Shown here one piece after another: positions 50,334 to 58,855 of a stretch of DNA of 64,000 nt. A program made the position numbers and the translations under genes. The notes under the pieces were generated by a model. It worked only from the letters and a program-made list of their open reading frames with translations. It searched no databases and was not told the origin of the DNA. The first letter of the stretch is position 1, and each line of letters starts with the position of its first letter. The stretch is from Chloroflexota bacterium (GTDB taxonomy: Bacteria > Chloroflexota > UBA11872 > VXNJ01): NCBI GenBank assembly GCA_965261345.1, contig OZ253449.1, positions 512,001 to 576,000 of the forward strand. The letters run 5' to 3'.

Positions 50334-52733
50334 GTGTCGGCCGTTTCCAGCGTAACCGGGCTTGGCCGGAGTGGCCTCCGCCAGCTGGACTGGCTGCCAA
50401 TCGGCCTTGCCCTGGTGGTGGTGTTGGCGCCGGTCTACTCAGTCCACGATGCCGGTTGGGCATCCAAGACATTCGTCATGTACCCGTTGGCGATCCTGGG
50501 GCTCTCTCTGGCGGCAGGCCTCTGCCGGGCCCGCATCCCTGACTGGTTGCTGCTTATCCAGGGGCTCGCCGCCGGATTGGCAATCAGCTTCGTGGTGGCC
50601 GCCGAGGTGTTCCCGGGGCCGGGCGAACTCTGGCCCAGTTTTTCGCAGATGAGCGTGGGCACCTGGGAATGGCTCCAGGTGACCGCCGAAGGCGGACCGG
50701 TCGGTGAGCAACCACTGTTGGGGGCAATAAACACCAGCTGGGGATTTGCAGTCGATCTGCAGGTCCGGCTGTTGGACTGGTTTGAGGCCCTGGCAAATCT
50801 GGCGCCCTCGGCCGACAACGAGGTCTTCATTTTTTGGATGGGGGCAAGCGCCTGGGGGATGGGGTTCTTTGCCGCATGGGGTGTCATCCGCAGGAATTCG
50901 GCGGCCCTGGCGGCGTTGCCGGCCGGGATCGTGCTTGCAATTAACACCACCTATCTGGGGCCGGTGCGAATGCCTTTCGTGGTTTTTGTGGTCGCTTTAC
51001 TGCTGCTTATGGTCATCGTCAATCTGCGCTCGCTGGCGCGCCGCTGGGACGACCAGCGCACCGAATACGCACCGGAATTGCAGGTGAACATGGCCGCCCT
51101 CTCACTGGTCGCAATCGCGCTGGCGGTATCCCTTTCGGTGTTTCTGCCGCGGGCTGCCACCAACCCCCTGGCAACCGCCTTCTGGAACTACATGGGGGAG
51201 GGTTGGAGCGATGTAGAGGCAGCAACGACCCGGCTTTTCTCGGGGGTTTCCAATCCATCGTCGGTGTCCGCCTTTTCCGGCCAGCAGTCGTTTGCGGTCG
51301 GTGCCGCCCTGCCGTTTTCGCGCAGCGCGACCCTGATCATCAAATCAACCCGGCCCTATTACTGGCGCGGCACCGTGTATGACCGGTTCCTGGGCGAAAG
51401 GTGGGAAAACACTTCCGATCTGCTGACCAGCCTGGGTCCCGAGGAACGCATCACCGAAACCGTGGTCCCGGGGGCGCGCGTGGCGGTGCAATCAAATTTT
51501 GAAATCTACAACTCGGAGTCCTCGATCCTTTACATTCCGGGCGACGCGATTTCAATCAACCGCCCCTACCTGGTTCAAAGCCGCAGCGACGGCCAGTTGA
51601 CCGATTTTTCGACCGTGCGGGCCACCCGCCGGGTCGGGCAGCGGATCGCCTACTCGGCCGAGTCGACGGTCTCCAGCGCCGGCGCCGACCAGCTCAGCCA
51701 GGTTCAGGATCGATACCCGGGTTGGCTGGGCCGTTATCTGCAACTGCCCGACACCAGCCGTCGGGTAGAGGAATTAGCCAGCCGGTTCGGCGCCACCGGA
51801 AGGAACGCGTTCGACATCGCCCAGAGCATCGAGTTCTTTTTGCGGCGTTACCCGTTCGCGATCGACCTACCGGTAACCGCAATCGGTGACGATGTCGTCG
51901 ACCTCTACCTGTTTGAGTACCGCCGCGGGCACGCCGAATACGCCGCCAGCGCGATGGCCATACTAGCGCGCCTCAACGGCCTCCCGTCGCGACTGGCGGC
52001 CGGTTACGTGACTGGACTGTTCGATGAGGAGGCGGAGGCCTGGGTCGCCGGGCCCGAGGAGGTCCACACCTGGGTGGAGCTCTATTTCCCAGGCTACGGA
52101 TGGATTCCGTTTGAGCCGTCTGGCTACCGGGCCCCGGTTGCTCGCGTGGGCTCGGACGTGGGCGCGGCTGGCGAGGGTATCGAGAATCCTTCGGAGATCG
52201 AATTCGCCGACCTGCTCGATAGCCTTGAATTTGAAAACCTCGAGGAGTTCGCGCCAGAGGGCCAGTTCTTCCTGCAGCGCCTCTTTAGTCGCACCGGCGA
52301 AATATTGCCGGTGTTGCTGGCAATCGGCGGGAGCGTCGCGGCAATGGCCCTCCTGATCCCGCTGGGGCTCTGGATCCGCACGCGCCTGCAGTCGTCGGCC
52401 TCCCGCACGGCGGCTGTTTATCGGTCGATGATCGGCTGGGCCGAGCGGGCTGGATATACTTTCTCGGCGGCGCGAACCCCGCTGGAGTTTGCCTCTGAGG
52501 TTGCCGGTTTGATCGAATCGAACGACCTCGATAAAGAATGGCCAGGCTCCCCTGGTCAACGCCCGCCCGAAGTTATTGCCCAGCAATACGCAAGGTCGAT
52601 TTACGGCCACGGTCGCCTGGACCCGGCGGACAGGCACCGAGTGGAAACAGCCTGGAAACGGCTGCGACCGGCGCTTATGAAGCTGGTGTTGCGCCGGTGG
52701 ATTCATAGAAATGGACGGGGGTCGCCAGCTTGA
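50334..52733 (+). CDS. Membrane transglutaminase-like protein (TgpA-like, DUF4129-type C-terminus), catalytic Cys absent
   Basis: Multi-TM N-terminus, YYWRG..YD, ASAMAILAR..G.PSR.A.GY, HTWVELYFPGYGWIPFEP, TPLEF. Start placed at the GTG after the DUF58 stop. Confidence 0.88.
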   Translation: MSAVSSVTGLGRSGLRQLDWLPIGLALVVVLAPVYSVHDAGWASKTFVMYPLAILGLSLAAGLCRARIPDWLLLIQGLAAGLAISFVVAAEVFPGPGELWPSFSQMSVGTWEWLQVTAEGGPVGEQPLLGAINTSWGFAVDLQVRLLDWFEALANLAPSADNEVFIFWMGASAWGMGFFAAWGVIRRNSAALAALPAGIVLAINTTYLGPVRMPFVVFVVALLLLMVIVNLRSLARRWDDQRTEYAPELQVNMAALSLVAIALAVSLSVFLPRAATNPLATAFWNYMGEGWSDVEAATTRLFSGVSNPSSVSAFSGQQSFAVGAALPFSRSATLIIKSTRPYYWRGTVYDRFLGERWENTSDLLTSLGPEERITETVVPGARVAVQSNFEIYNSESSILYIPGDAISINRPYLVQSRSDGQLTDFSTVRATRRVGQRIAYSAESTVSSAGADQLSQVQDRYPGWLGRYLQLPDTSRRVEELASRFGATGRNAFDIAQSIEFFLRRYPFAIDLPVTAIGDDVVDLYLFEYRRGHAEYAASAMAILARLNGLPSRLAAGYVTGLFDEEAEAWVAGPEEVHTWVELYFPGYGWIPFEPSGYRAPVARVGSDVGAAGEGIENPSEIEFADLLDSLEFENLEEFAPEGQFFLQRLFSRTGEILPVLLAIGGSVAAMALLIPLGLWIRTRLQSSASRTAAVYRSMIGWAERAGYTFSAARTPLEFASEVAGLIESNDLDKEWPGSPGQRPPEVIAQQYARSIYGHGRLDPADRHRVETAWKRLRPALMKLVLRRWIHRNGRGSPA

Positions 52734-53011
52734 CGCTCGGCGAAGTTCGGGATGCGTCAGTAATCATCCTGGCGATCGTCGCAGTGCTCTCAACGGCGAC
52801 TGCACTGGTCGCGGTCGCAGTCCTGTGGCGATTCGTTCGAATGCTCAAACGCGAGCTCCTCCCGATCATCGACACCCTCAGCGAAACTGCCTCCACGCTT
52901 GAGTCGGCCGTCAACGCGACGGTCGAATCTCGTGCCGGCTCGGCGCTGCAGGCCGTGCTATCCACAGCCGTGCTCCAGCGAATACTCGCCGTGCTGGTCC
53001 GTCGGAGATGA
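52730..53011 (+). CDS. Small membrane protein (DUF948/YtxG-like)
   Basis: N-terminal TM plus amphipathic helix; TTGA overlap with the upstream gene. Confidence 0.7.
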   Translation: MTLGEVRDASVIILAIVAVLSTATALVAVAVLWRFVRMLKRELLPIIDTLSETASTLESAVNATVESRAGSALQAVLSTAVLQRILAVLVRRR

Positions 53012-53025
53012 ATCGGTGAATTTAG

Positions 53026-53235
53026 ATGTTTTATGCAATGTTGGGCGGCCTGCTTGGTTTCGTCCTCGGCAATTTCCTTGGGGCGCTGCTACTCGGCCTG
53101 CGGCAGGGTAGGTCGGTATCCGAAATCGGTACCCGGATGGCGGTGCTTAAGGACAACGCTGAAAAGGCGGCCAGCGAAGCCGAATCCTCGATTCGTGCGC
53201 GCTTTGCCGGGCGTTCGCATCGCCGTCCCGACTAA
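53026..53235 (+). CDS. Small YtxH-like membrane protein
   Basis: GGLLG..LG..LGALLL TM followed by a charged helix. Confidence 0.65.
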   Translation: MFYAMLGGLLGFVLGNFLGALLLGLRQGRSVSEIGTRMAVLKDNAEKAASEAESSIRARFAGRSHRRPD

Positions 53236-53537
53236 TGTCTGACCCGGCCAGCGTCGCGCTGCTGGTGCTGATCGCAATGCAGATCGTCCTGCTCGTGGCC
53301 CTAGCGGTTGTCTCGGTCCTGGCCAGCCTGGCAACCGTCGAGGCAACCGCCGTGACCCGGCGTGGTCTGCGGGCCCAACAACGTCGCGTCAGCTCGGTCA
53401 GCCGGTCGCTTGAATCGGCGGTTGAGCGCAAGGTGGTTGAACCGGTCGTCCAATTCGAGCGCGGCGCTGTCTGGGTGGAGAGCTTTGTTCGGCAGATGTC
53501 CGCGCTCCTATCTGGCCGTGACTCCAAGCAGCGCTGA
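53235..53537 (+). CDS. Small membrane protein, same architecture as 52730-53011
   Basis: TM plus LESAV..KVVEPVV helix; TAATG coupling. Confidence 0.65.
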   Translation: MSDPASVALLVLIAMQIVLLVALAVVSVLASLATVEATAVTRRGLRAQQRRVSSVSRSLESAVERKVVEPVVQFERGAVWVESFVRQMSALLSGRDSKQR

Positions 53538-53543
53538 CCGATC

Positions 53544-54089
53544 TTGCTAAACGGTAATTCGGGCGAGATCCGACAACGCTATTCGGCCGAACAGATCGCC
53601 TCGGCGGTTGACCGATTGGCCGCCAATATCACCGAGGATCTGGCCGGACTGGAGCCGGTGGTGGTGGTTCTGCTGAAGGGTTCGTTCATGTTCGCGGCCG
53701 ATTTGGTGCGCAAGCTGCCGTTTCAACTGGAGGTGGAATTCCTGGCCCAGAAGAGTTACTTCGGCCGCAAATCGGCCGGCATCTTGGAGCAAACTCTGAA
53801 CCTGACCGGACCGGTGCGGGGACGCCACGTACTGGTCGTTGACGATATCTCGGACACCGCGTTTTCAATCGAACACACGGTCTCTTATCTGCAGACCCTC
53901 GGACCGGCTTCGCTGCGCACCTGTTGCCTGCTCGAGCGCATCCGCCCCGCCGACGCTTCGCAGCGCGAAGTTGATTACGTGGGCATCCGCGCCGAACCCG
54001 GTTTTCTGATCGGATACGGATTGGATCTGGACCAACGTTGGCGGAATCTACCGTTCATCGGCGTGCTCGAAGATCCCGGCGATGCCTGA
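53544..54089 (+). CDS. hpt: Hypoxanthine phosphoribosyltransferase (divergent)
   Basis: LKGSFMF.ADL, SY, VLVVDDISDT, F.IGYGLD..QR.RNLP. Confidence 0.85.
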   Translation: MLNGNSGEIRQRYSAEQIASAVDRLAANITEDLAGLEPVVVVLLKGSFMFAADLVRKLPFQLEVEFLAQKSYFGRKSAGILEQTLNLTGPVRGRHVLVVDDISDTAFSIEHTVSYLQTLGPASLRTCCLLERIRPADASQREVDYVGIRAEPGFLIGYGLDLDQRWRNLPFIGVLEDPGDA

Positions 54090-54876
54090 ACTGCGGCGCG
54101 GCGGCGGCCGCTTACATTATGTCGAGCAAAACTCCGACGGCATACACAAGCTGGTGCTGCTCCATCCGCAGCTGGCTAGTTCGGCCATCTGGGAGGGGCT
54201 TTTGCCGGGATTTGATGATTCATTCCGGGTCATCGCCTTTGACCTGCGCGGTTTTGGCCAATCGGAAAAACGGAGCCGCAACTTTTCGGTGCACGCCCTT
54301 GCTGACGAAGTCCGCATTGGCTTAAATGCCATCGGCGTAAAGCGCTGCAGCGTCATGGCCGCAGGTGCCGGCGGAGCGGTGGCCTTGTCGCTGGCCGCGC
54401 GCTACCCGTCATTGGTATTCAAGCTGATCCTGGTCAATACCACTCCGCTGGCATTGGACCCGGTCGGAATGCAACGCCAGGTCGAAACCCTGTCCGAGCT
54501 CGCCTGGGAACCCGCACAGTTAACCAAATTCCTGCATGACCAGCTCTACCCCGACGCCACCGACGAGCAACTGGCCAAACTGGCCACCATCGCGCTCGGG
54601 TCGGATCGCTCCTGCGCGGTAGCGCTTGCCAAATCGCAGCAGACCACGGATCTGGTACCACTGCTGCCGCAGATTACGGCGCAGTCCCTGGTGCTCTGCG
54701 GGGAAAGCGCCGACCCGGCGATCCAATTGGGCGCAAACCTGATCTCCGGGTCGATCCCTCGCGCCAAATCGGAATCATTGTCCGACTGCGGAAGTTCGCC
54801 GCTGCTCGAAGACCCCGCCGGGGTGCAGGCGGCGGCACTAAAACTGCTAAATGCATGGAACTTGGTGAGAGGCTAG
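54082..54876 (+). CDS. Alpha/beta-hydrolase fold protein lacking catalytic Ser and His
   Basis: LVLLH, VIAFDLRGFGQS, A.RYP..V.KLILV; elbow AAGAGG; CGSSPLLE. Confidence 0.85.
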   Translation: MPELRRGGGRLHYVEQNSDGIHKLVLLHPQLASSAIWEGLLPGFDDSFRVIAFDLRGFGQSEKRSRNFSVHALADEVRIGLNAIGVKRCSVMAAGAGGAVALSLAARYPSLVFKLILVNTTPLALDPVGMQRQVETLSELAWEPAQLTKFLHDQLYPDATDEQLAKLATIALGSDRSCAVALAKSQQTTDLVPLLPQITAQSLVLCGESADPAIQLGANLISGSIPRAKSESLSDCGSSPLLEDPAGVQAAALKLLNAWNLVRG

Positions 54877-54880
54877 TACC

Positions 54881-55642
54881 GTGAAAATTCTTCGTTACCA
54901 AACCGTTTCCGGACCGTCCTGGGGAATTCTGGACGAGGGCGGAATGGTCTGCCAGCTGGAGGGTGATCCATTCGGAAGCGCCGGACCCGGGGCGGTGGTC
55001 GGTCCACCGTCCGATCTTAAATTGTTGGCGCCGACGATTCCGGGCAAGGTGATCTGCGTCGGTCTAAATTACACGGCTCACGCGGCCGAAACGGGTAGTC
55101 CATTGCCCGAACTACCGATGTTTTTCCTAAAACCGGCGACCGCGATCTGCAACCCGGGAGATCCAATCACGTTGCCAAAAATCTCCGACCACGTCGAACA
55201 CGAGTGCGAGCTGGTGGTGGTCATCGGCCGGAAAGCCCGCAACGTGCCAGAAGCGGAGGCGCTCGACTGCGTTCTCGGCTACACCTGTGGCAACGACGTT
55301 TCGGCCCGTGACTGGCAACGGCGCGAAACCCAGTGGTTTCGCGGCAAGGGGTTCGACACATTTTTCCCGTTCGGCCCGTGGATTGAAACCGATCTGGAGC
55401 CTGGCAACCTGGGGATCCGTACCCGCGTAAACGGGCAGATCCGCCAGAATTCGAATACCTCGGACCTGATTTTCGCGGTGGCCAACCTGGTAGCCGACGC
55501 ATCACGCACGGCCACCCTCCTTCCCGGCGACGTCATCGCCACCGGAACTCCCGAGGGTGTCAGCCCGATTTCGGCCGGCGATTTCGTTGAAATCGAAATT
55601 GACGGAATCGGCACCCTCGCCAATCCGGTAAGGGCCGAATAA
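54881..55642 (+). CDS. Fumarylacetoacetate hydrolase family protein
   Basis: KVICVGLNY..HA, ECEL, GYT.GNDVSARDWQ, KGFDTF.P.GP, TGTPEGV. Confidence 0.93.
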   Translation: MKILRYQTVSGPSWGILDEGGMVCQLEGDPFGSAGPGAVVGPPSDLKLLAPTIPGKVICVGLNYTAHAAETGSPLPELPMFFLKPATAICNPGDPITLPKISDHVEHECELVVVIGRKARNVPEAEALDCVLGYTCGNDVSARDWQRRETQWFRGKGFDTFFPFGPWIETDLEPGNLGIRTRVNGQIRQNSNTSDLIFAVANLVADASRTATLLPGDVIATGTPEGVSPISAGDFVEIEIDGIGTLANPVRAE

Positions 55643-55668
55643 TAGCCAACCATCCGAAAGCGCCGGCG

Positions 55669-56889
55669 ATATATGAATGGCTCATCATCGCCGATGACTT
55701 CACCGGCGCCATGGACTGCGGCCTGCAGTTTGCCAATCGCGGCCACCGGACGGTTTTTTCCACGCTGGGTACCGCGGGCGTCGAAGCCGGCGCGCTGGTA
55801 CTTTCATCCCGCTCGCGCGCCGATCGGCCGGCGATCGCCCGGGCCAAGGTCTTTGATCTGGCGACCGGCGCCGCCCCGCTGGCGCGGCGGATTTACAAAA
55901 AAATCGATTCCACCCTGCGCGGCAATATCGGCAGCGAATTGGACGCCATTTTTGCCGCTTGCGGTATTTCGGCGTGCATCCTCAACCCGGCCTATCCGCA
56001 ACAGTCGCGCACGGTCGTCAACGGATCGCTACTGGTCGATGGAGTCGAGGTCGCCAGGTCCGAAATCGGCACCAACCCGGCCGACGGAGTGTCCGGGTCA
56101 AACATCGTCGCACTGCTCGCCGACAGCTGCAGCCTCAAACCCGCCGCCATTCCGCTGTCAACCGTAAGGCGCGGCCCCAACGACCTGGCCCGGGCATTTT
56201 CCCGGTCAGCGGTCGGCGGAGCACAGGTAATAGTGCCCGACGCCGAATCCGACGGCGACCTGGCCAACATCGCCGCTGCGGCGGCTCTGGCCGACCTGGA
56301 CCGCCTGGTCGTGGGATCGGCCGGATTGGCCGATCACCTTGAACCGGCCCGCGAGGGTCACCTGGGGCCGGTTACACCGGCCGCCTGCGACCGCGTGGTT
56401 GTCATCGCCGGTTCGTTTACCAGCCAGACCGCGCGACAGGTGGCAGTCGCCGGGCAACTGTTGGGGCAGGAGCCGCACCGGCCCGATTTCAGCCAATCCG
56501 GTTCGACCCGCCGCGCGTTGGCGGCCGCCAACGCGCAGCTGCAAAGGGATGGAGTATGGATCGCCCATCCCGGCCATGTAGGGGTAGATCTGCCCCCGGA
56601 AATGGTTGACCGGCTGGTCGAATGGATCGGCACCGTGGCCGGCGCCCTGGCATCCGGGGGCGGACGCACCGGGTTCGTCTTCACCGGCGGCGAAACAGCG
56701 GCGATCGCGCTCGAAAAGCTGGCCGCCAGCGCCATCGAAATTTGCTTTGAGATTCAACCCGGAATTCCCGGGGCCCTGGTGTCCGGCGGGATCAGCGACG
56801 GCCTTCCAGTCGTTACCAAGGCCGGGGGGTTCGGAAATGATGCGGCCATCTACGAGGCAATCGCCTGGCTACGCAGTCTGCCCGCCTAA
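55669..56889 (+). CDS. Four-carbon acid sugar kinase family (DUF1537, DtnK/OtnK-like)
   Basis: IIADDFTGA.D, YKKIDSTLRGN, PAYP...R....G, GSAG, TGGETA, TKAGGFG. The conserved N-terminus lies upstream of the ORF-track ATG 55711; start unresolved. Confidence 0.88.
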   Translation: MYEWLIIADDFTGAMDCGLQFANRGHRTVFSTLGTAGVEAGALVLSSRSRADRPAIARAKVFDLATGAAPLARRIYKKIDSTLRGNIGSELDAIFAACGISACILNPAYPQQSRTVVNGSLLVDGVEVARSEIGTNPADGVSGSNIVALLADSCSLKPAAIPLSTVRRGPNDLARAFSRSAVGGAQVIVPDAESDGDLANIAAAAALADLDRLVVGSAGLADHLEPAREGHLGPVTPAACDRVVVIAGSFTSQTARQVAVAGQLLGQEPHRPDFSQSGSTRRALAAANAQLQRDGVWIAHPGHVGVDLPPEMVDRLVEWIGTVAGALASGGGRTGFVFTGGETAAIALEKLAASAIEICFEIQPGIPGALVSGGISDGLPVVTKAGGFGNDAAIYEAIAWLRSLPA

Positions 56890-56935
56890 AATCACTCCTT
56901 AACCTCGCAGTCGCCGCAACAGTTAGGAGCCCTTA

Positions 56936-57157
56936 GTGGTAAGCGTCTTGGCCGGCATCCAGCTCGTCTTGGCGGTTCTGGTTATTGGCGCAGTGCTGAT
57001 GCAGAACTCATCGACCGGGCTGGGCTCGGCGTTCGGCCAATCCGACAGCTTTCGCGCAACTCGCCGGGGCCTGGATCTAGTCCTCTACCGGTTCACCGTG
57101 GCCGGTGCCATCTTCTTCTTCCTAGTCTCGGTTCTGGTCGTTCGCCTGGCCGCCTAA
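56936..57157 (+). CDS. secG: Preprotein translocase subunit SecG
   Basis: Two TMs; VLMQ....GLG.AFG......TRRG.D..L...T; RBS AGGAG. Confidence 0.9.
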   Translation: MVSVLAGIQLVLAVLVIGAVLMQNSSTGLGSAFGQSDSFRATRRGLDLVLYRFTVAGAIFFFLVSVLVVRLAA

Positions 57158-57176
57158 AAGCGGGACCGCTACGGTT

Positions 57177-57365
57177 TGGCCAGTGGACCCGATCGCGCCC
57201 AAAACAGGGCAGTGTGGCAATATGCTGGGTGGCAACACCGCCCGTCGGGTCTCTCAGCAACCGGCCCGCCTGATACGTTCGGACAATTCAGGCGACGCGA
57301 GCATCCGGGCTACCGGTTGATCGCCGACTAGGCGGCAAAATAGATCGCCGGGACCGGACTGGTCG
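57177..57365. ncRNA. Candidate structured RNA (long nested rod), identity unknown
   Basis: Several nested complementary segments found by eye (see findings); no family assignment possible. Confidence 0.3.
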
Positions 57366-57450
57366 ACCACCAGGACAGGCAGCGTGGCGGTGGCTCGCCA
57401 ACACCGGCAGCTAAATCGAATCCGAGCCGATCGACCAAAGGACCAATCGT

Positions 57451-58842
57451 TTGGCAAGTCGCATCGAAATGGACCCGCTGGGCGACCTAGCAGTTCCCAG
57501 CGAGGCGCTCTGGGGAATCCAAACCGAGCGGGCGCGGGCAAATTTTCCAATTTCCGGGATCGGCCCGCACCCGGCTTTCGTGCGGGCGACGGTTTTGATC
57601 AAAAAGGCCGCCGCTCAAGTCCACGTTGACAGCGGACGGCTTGAACCGGAACTGGGTCAGGCGATTTCCGCCGCCGCCGACGAGATCCTGGCGGGACGCC
57701 ATTTGGATCAATTCGTGGTGGACGCGTTTCAGGCCGGGGCCGGCACATCGCACAACATGAACGCCAATGAGGTGCTTGCCAACCGCGCCAACGAATTGCT
57801 CGGGAGCACGCGCGGCGCCTACCGACCAGTCCATCCCAACGACCACGTCAACATGGCCCAGTCGACCAACGATCTCATCCCCACCGCGATCGCCCTGGCG
57901 GCACTGGAGCTCCTGCCTGGCCTGGAGAGCGCACTGGCCAAACTTTCCGATCGGCTATCCGATCGGGCCGAAGAGTGGGACCGGATCGTTAAGACCGGAC
58001 GGACCCACCTGCAGGATGCCACTCCGATCCGTCTCGGGCAGGAATTTGGAGCCTACGCCGAGGCGGTCAGGCGTCATCGCGCGCCAATCGCGGCAGCGCG
58101 AGTCGCCATCAGCGAATTGAGCATCGGGGGAACCGCGGTCGGCAGCGGACTCAATGCCGAGACGACCTATCAGAGCGCGGTGGTGGCCAGGCTATCGCAA
58201 TTGACCGGAAGCGATCTGTCACCCTCGCGCAACCTTTTTTATTCGATGCAATCTATGGCCCGCTTTTCTCAGCTATCAGGGGCTCTGCGAACTCTTGCGG
58301 TCGATCTGGGCCGGATCGCCAATGACATCCGCATGTTGGGCTCAGGGCCGCGCACCGGCCTTGACGAGGTGAGACTGCCGGCGGTACAGCCTGGCTCCTC
58401 GATCATGCCCGGCAAGGTCAATCCCGTCATGGCCGAATGCCTCAACATGATCTGTCTGCAAATCCACGGCAACGACCTTACGATCTCCCAGGCGGCGGCG
58501 GCCGGGCAGCTTGAATTGAACGTGATGATGCCGGTCATCGCTTTTAATCTCTGCCAGTCGATTCAAATCCTTGCCAGCGGCGCCGACGTATTCGCCGATC
58601 GCTGCGTTGCCGGGCTGGAGGCCAATGAGGCGATGATCGCTTTCTGGCTCGAGCGCAATACGATGCTGGCCACCGCCCTGGCGCCACGACTCGGCTACGC
58701 GAAAGCCGCCGAAATCGCCAAGGAAGCGGTGCGCTCGGGCGAGTCGATTCCCCAAACCGCCCGGCGCCTGACCGACTTGAGCGACGCCGAACTCGCCCTC
58801 GCGTTGGACCCGGAGCCGATGACCAGGCCCGGGGTCCGATAA
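57451..58842 (+). CDS. Aspartate ammonia-lyase / class II fumarate hydratase
   Basis: WGIQT.RA..NF, QAGAGTS.NMN.NEV, HPND.VNMAQSTND, GRTHLQDA, GSSIMPGKVNP. Confidence 0.93.
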   Translation: MASRIEMDPLGDLAVPSEALWGIQTERARANFPISGIGPHPAFVRATVLIKKAAAQVHVDSGRLEPELGQAISAAADEILAGRHLDQFVVDAFQAGAGTSHNMNANEVLANRANELLGSTRGAYRPVHPNDHVNMAQSTNDLIPTAIALAALELLPGLESALAKLSDRLSDRAEEWDRIVKTGRTHLQDATPIRLGQEFGAYAEAVRRHRAPIAAARVAISELSIGGTAVGSGLNAETTYQSAVVARLSQLTGSDLSPSRNLFYSMQSMARFSQLSGALRTLAVDLGRIANDIRMLGSGPRTGLDEVRLPAVQPGSSIMPGKVNPVMAECLNMICLQIHGNDLTISQAAAAGQLELNVMMPVIAFNLCQSIQILASGADVFADRCVAGLEANEAMIAFWLERNTMLATALAPRLGYAKAAEIAKEAVRSGESIPQTARRLTDLSDAELALALDPEPMTRPGVR

Positions 58843-58855
58843 ACGCCCGACCGCC

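Noticed and set aside
57230-57310. Glycine riboswitch or SRP RNA assignment for the secG downstream element
   Set aside because: CACCG and CTCTCAG are present but GGAGAG/GAAG are missing; CAGG..AGCA lacks the GNRA helix-8 loop.
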